From: Myxococcota bacterium
Lineage (GTDB): Bacteria; Myxococcota_A; UBA796; GCA-2862545
Reading direction: 5' to 3'
Length of the DNA stretch: 25,338 nucleotides
NCBI GenBank assembly: GCA_039208735.1
Contig: JBCCQY010000139.1
Span: forward strand, 1-25,338
Shown piece after piece: positions 24,670-25,338 of this stretch. The first letter of the stretch is position 1; every line of letters starts with the position of its first letter. The position numbers and the translations under genes were made by a program. Under the pieces are notes generated by a model. The model saw only the letters and a program-made list of their open reading frames with translations. It had not been told where the DNA came from and ran no database searches.

Positions 24670-25338
24670 TCAGTTGCTTGATCCGGCCAATAGCAAAACA
24701 ATCGTGTCGCGGGTCACATACCCGGTCGCCGGCTGATCGTTCGCCCTTTGGAACTTGCGCAGTGCGCGCCGGGTCGCGCGGGTGAACCTGCCATCGACCT
24801 TGCCGGTTTCAAGCCCCTGCGCCTGAAGCTGCACCTCGATCAGTTGCCGGGTAAACTGATTTAGGCTCAACCGCTCTTCTTCATTGCGCGCGGCCTCTAC
24901 GACCTCAGGCGGCACTTCGGGGTTCGACAGTGCCGAGATGCGCGCCTCGGCCTCCGCCGCAAAGATCCCCGTCGGATAGGTGCCCAGGTAGTCCCGGTAA
25001 CTCGCAATTGTGCCCGTCATGACCGCTTTGTCCCAAGCCAGCCGCTCTGCCTCCTCCGCCTCGCGGCGCCGTTGCCGCTCTAACTCCGCCAGACGCGACT
25101 GAGCTTCATCGGCGAAGAGGCCGTCTGGAAACCTGTTGAGATAGGCACGCAAACCCTCCTCGGTTTCGCCCCGGCCCGTTTCAGTCCACCAGGCCCTGTC
25201 GCGCGCTTCCGCCAAGCGGCGGCGTTCTTCTGCCTCCCTCTGCAACTGCGCCGCGCGCGCCTGCGCCGCCGCTTGCAGCCGTGCCACTTGGTTGCCGGTC
25301 AAATACCCCGTGGTGGGATCGCCCAGGCTGCGCTGAAA
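24670..25338 (-). CDS. Peptidoglycan-binding domain protein, 5' end outside the window
   Basis: The frame is open to the window edge (FQRSLGDPTTGYLT). Two YL..[FY]P.G.FA.EA repeats and a C-terminal PG-binding motif VDGRFTRATRRALRKFQ...ATGY. Confidence 0.85.
   Translation of the reverse strand, partial: FQRSLGDPTTGYLTGNQVARLQAAAQARAAQLQREAEERRRLAEARDRAWWTETGRGETEEGLRAYLNRFPDGLFADEAQSRLAELERQRRREAEEAERLAWDKAVMTGTIASYRDYLGTYPTGIFAAEAEARISALSNPEVPPEVVEAARNEEERLSLNQFTRQLIEVQLQAQGLETGKVDGRFTRATRRALRKFQRANDQPATGYVTRDTIVLLLAGSSN

Overview
GC-rich bacterial sequence that appears to be two unrelated genomic segments joined at about 22330-22340. The left segment (1-~22335) looks Myxococcota/deltaproteobacteria-like (inference). 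It has a + strand housekeeping run: TPR membrane protein, grpE, DUF4340-like protein, TPR lytic transglycosylase, truncated globin, dnaE, LPP20-like protein, lipB, tRNA-Val(GAC), infC, rpmI, rplT and a lipoprotein. It also has a tightly packed - strand run: giant TPR-array Clp ATPase, gloA, RidA/2-aminomuconate deaminase-like, kynB, an atypical class-3 asparaginase homologue, and the beta and alpha subunits of a 2-aminophenol 1,6-dioxygenase. The right segment looks Rhodobacteraceae-like: RNase T2 with a small in-frame palindromic insertion, REP-like repeats, N-formylglutamate amidohydrolase, a second and very different tRNA-Val(GAC), zinc-free L36 and a peptidoglycan-binding protein. There are two main candidates for an undescribed system. 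(1) A kynurenine-linked aminophenol ring-cleavage operon in which a motif-altered asparaginase-II homologue sits where kynureninase, HAD and ACMSD would normally be needed. (2) A ClpA-like, ClpP-docking ATPase whose N-domain is replaced by tandem 5-TPR modules. All family calls come from motif recognition by eye; no searches were run.
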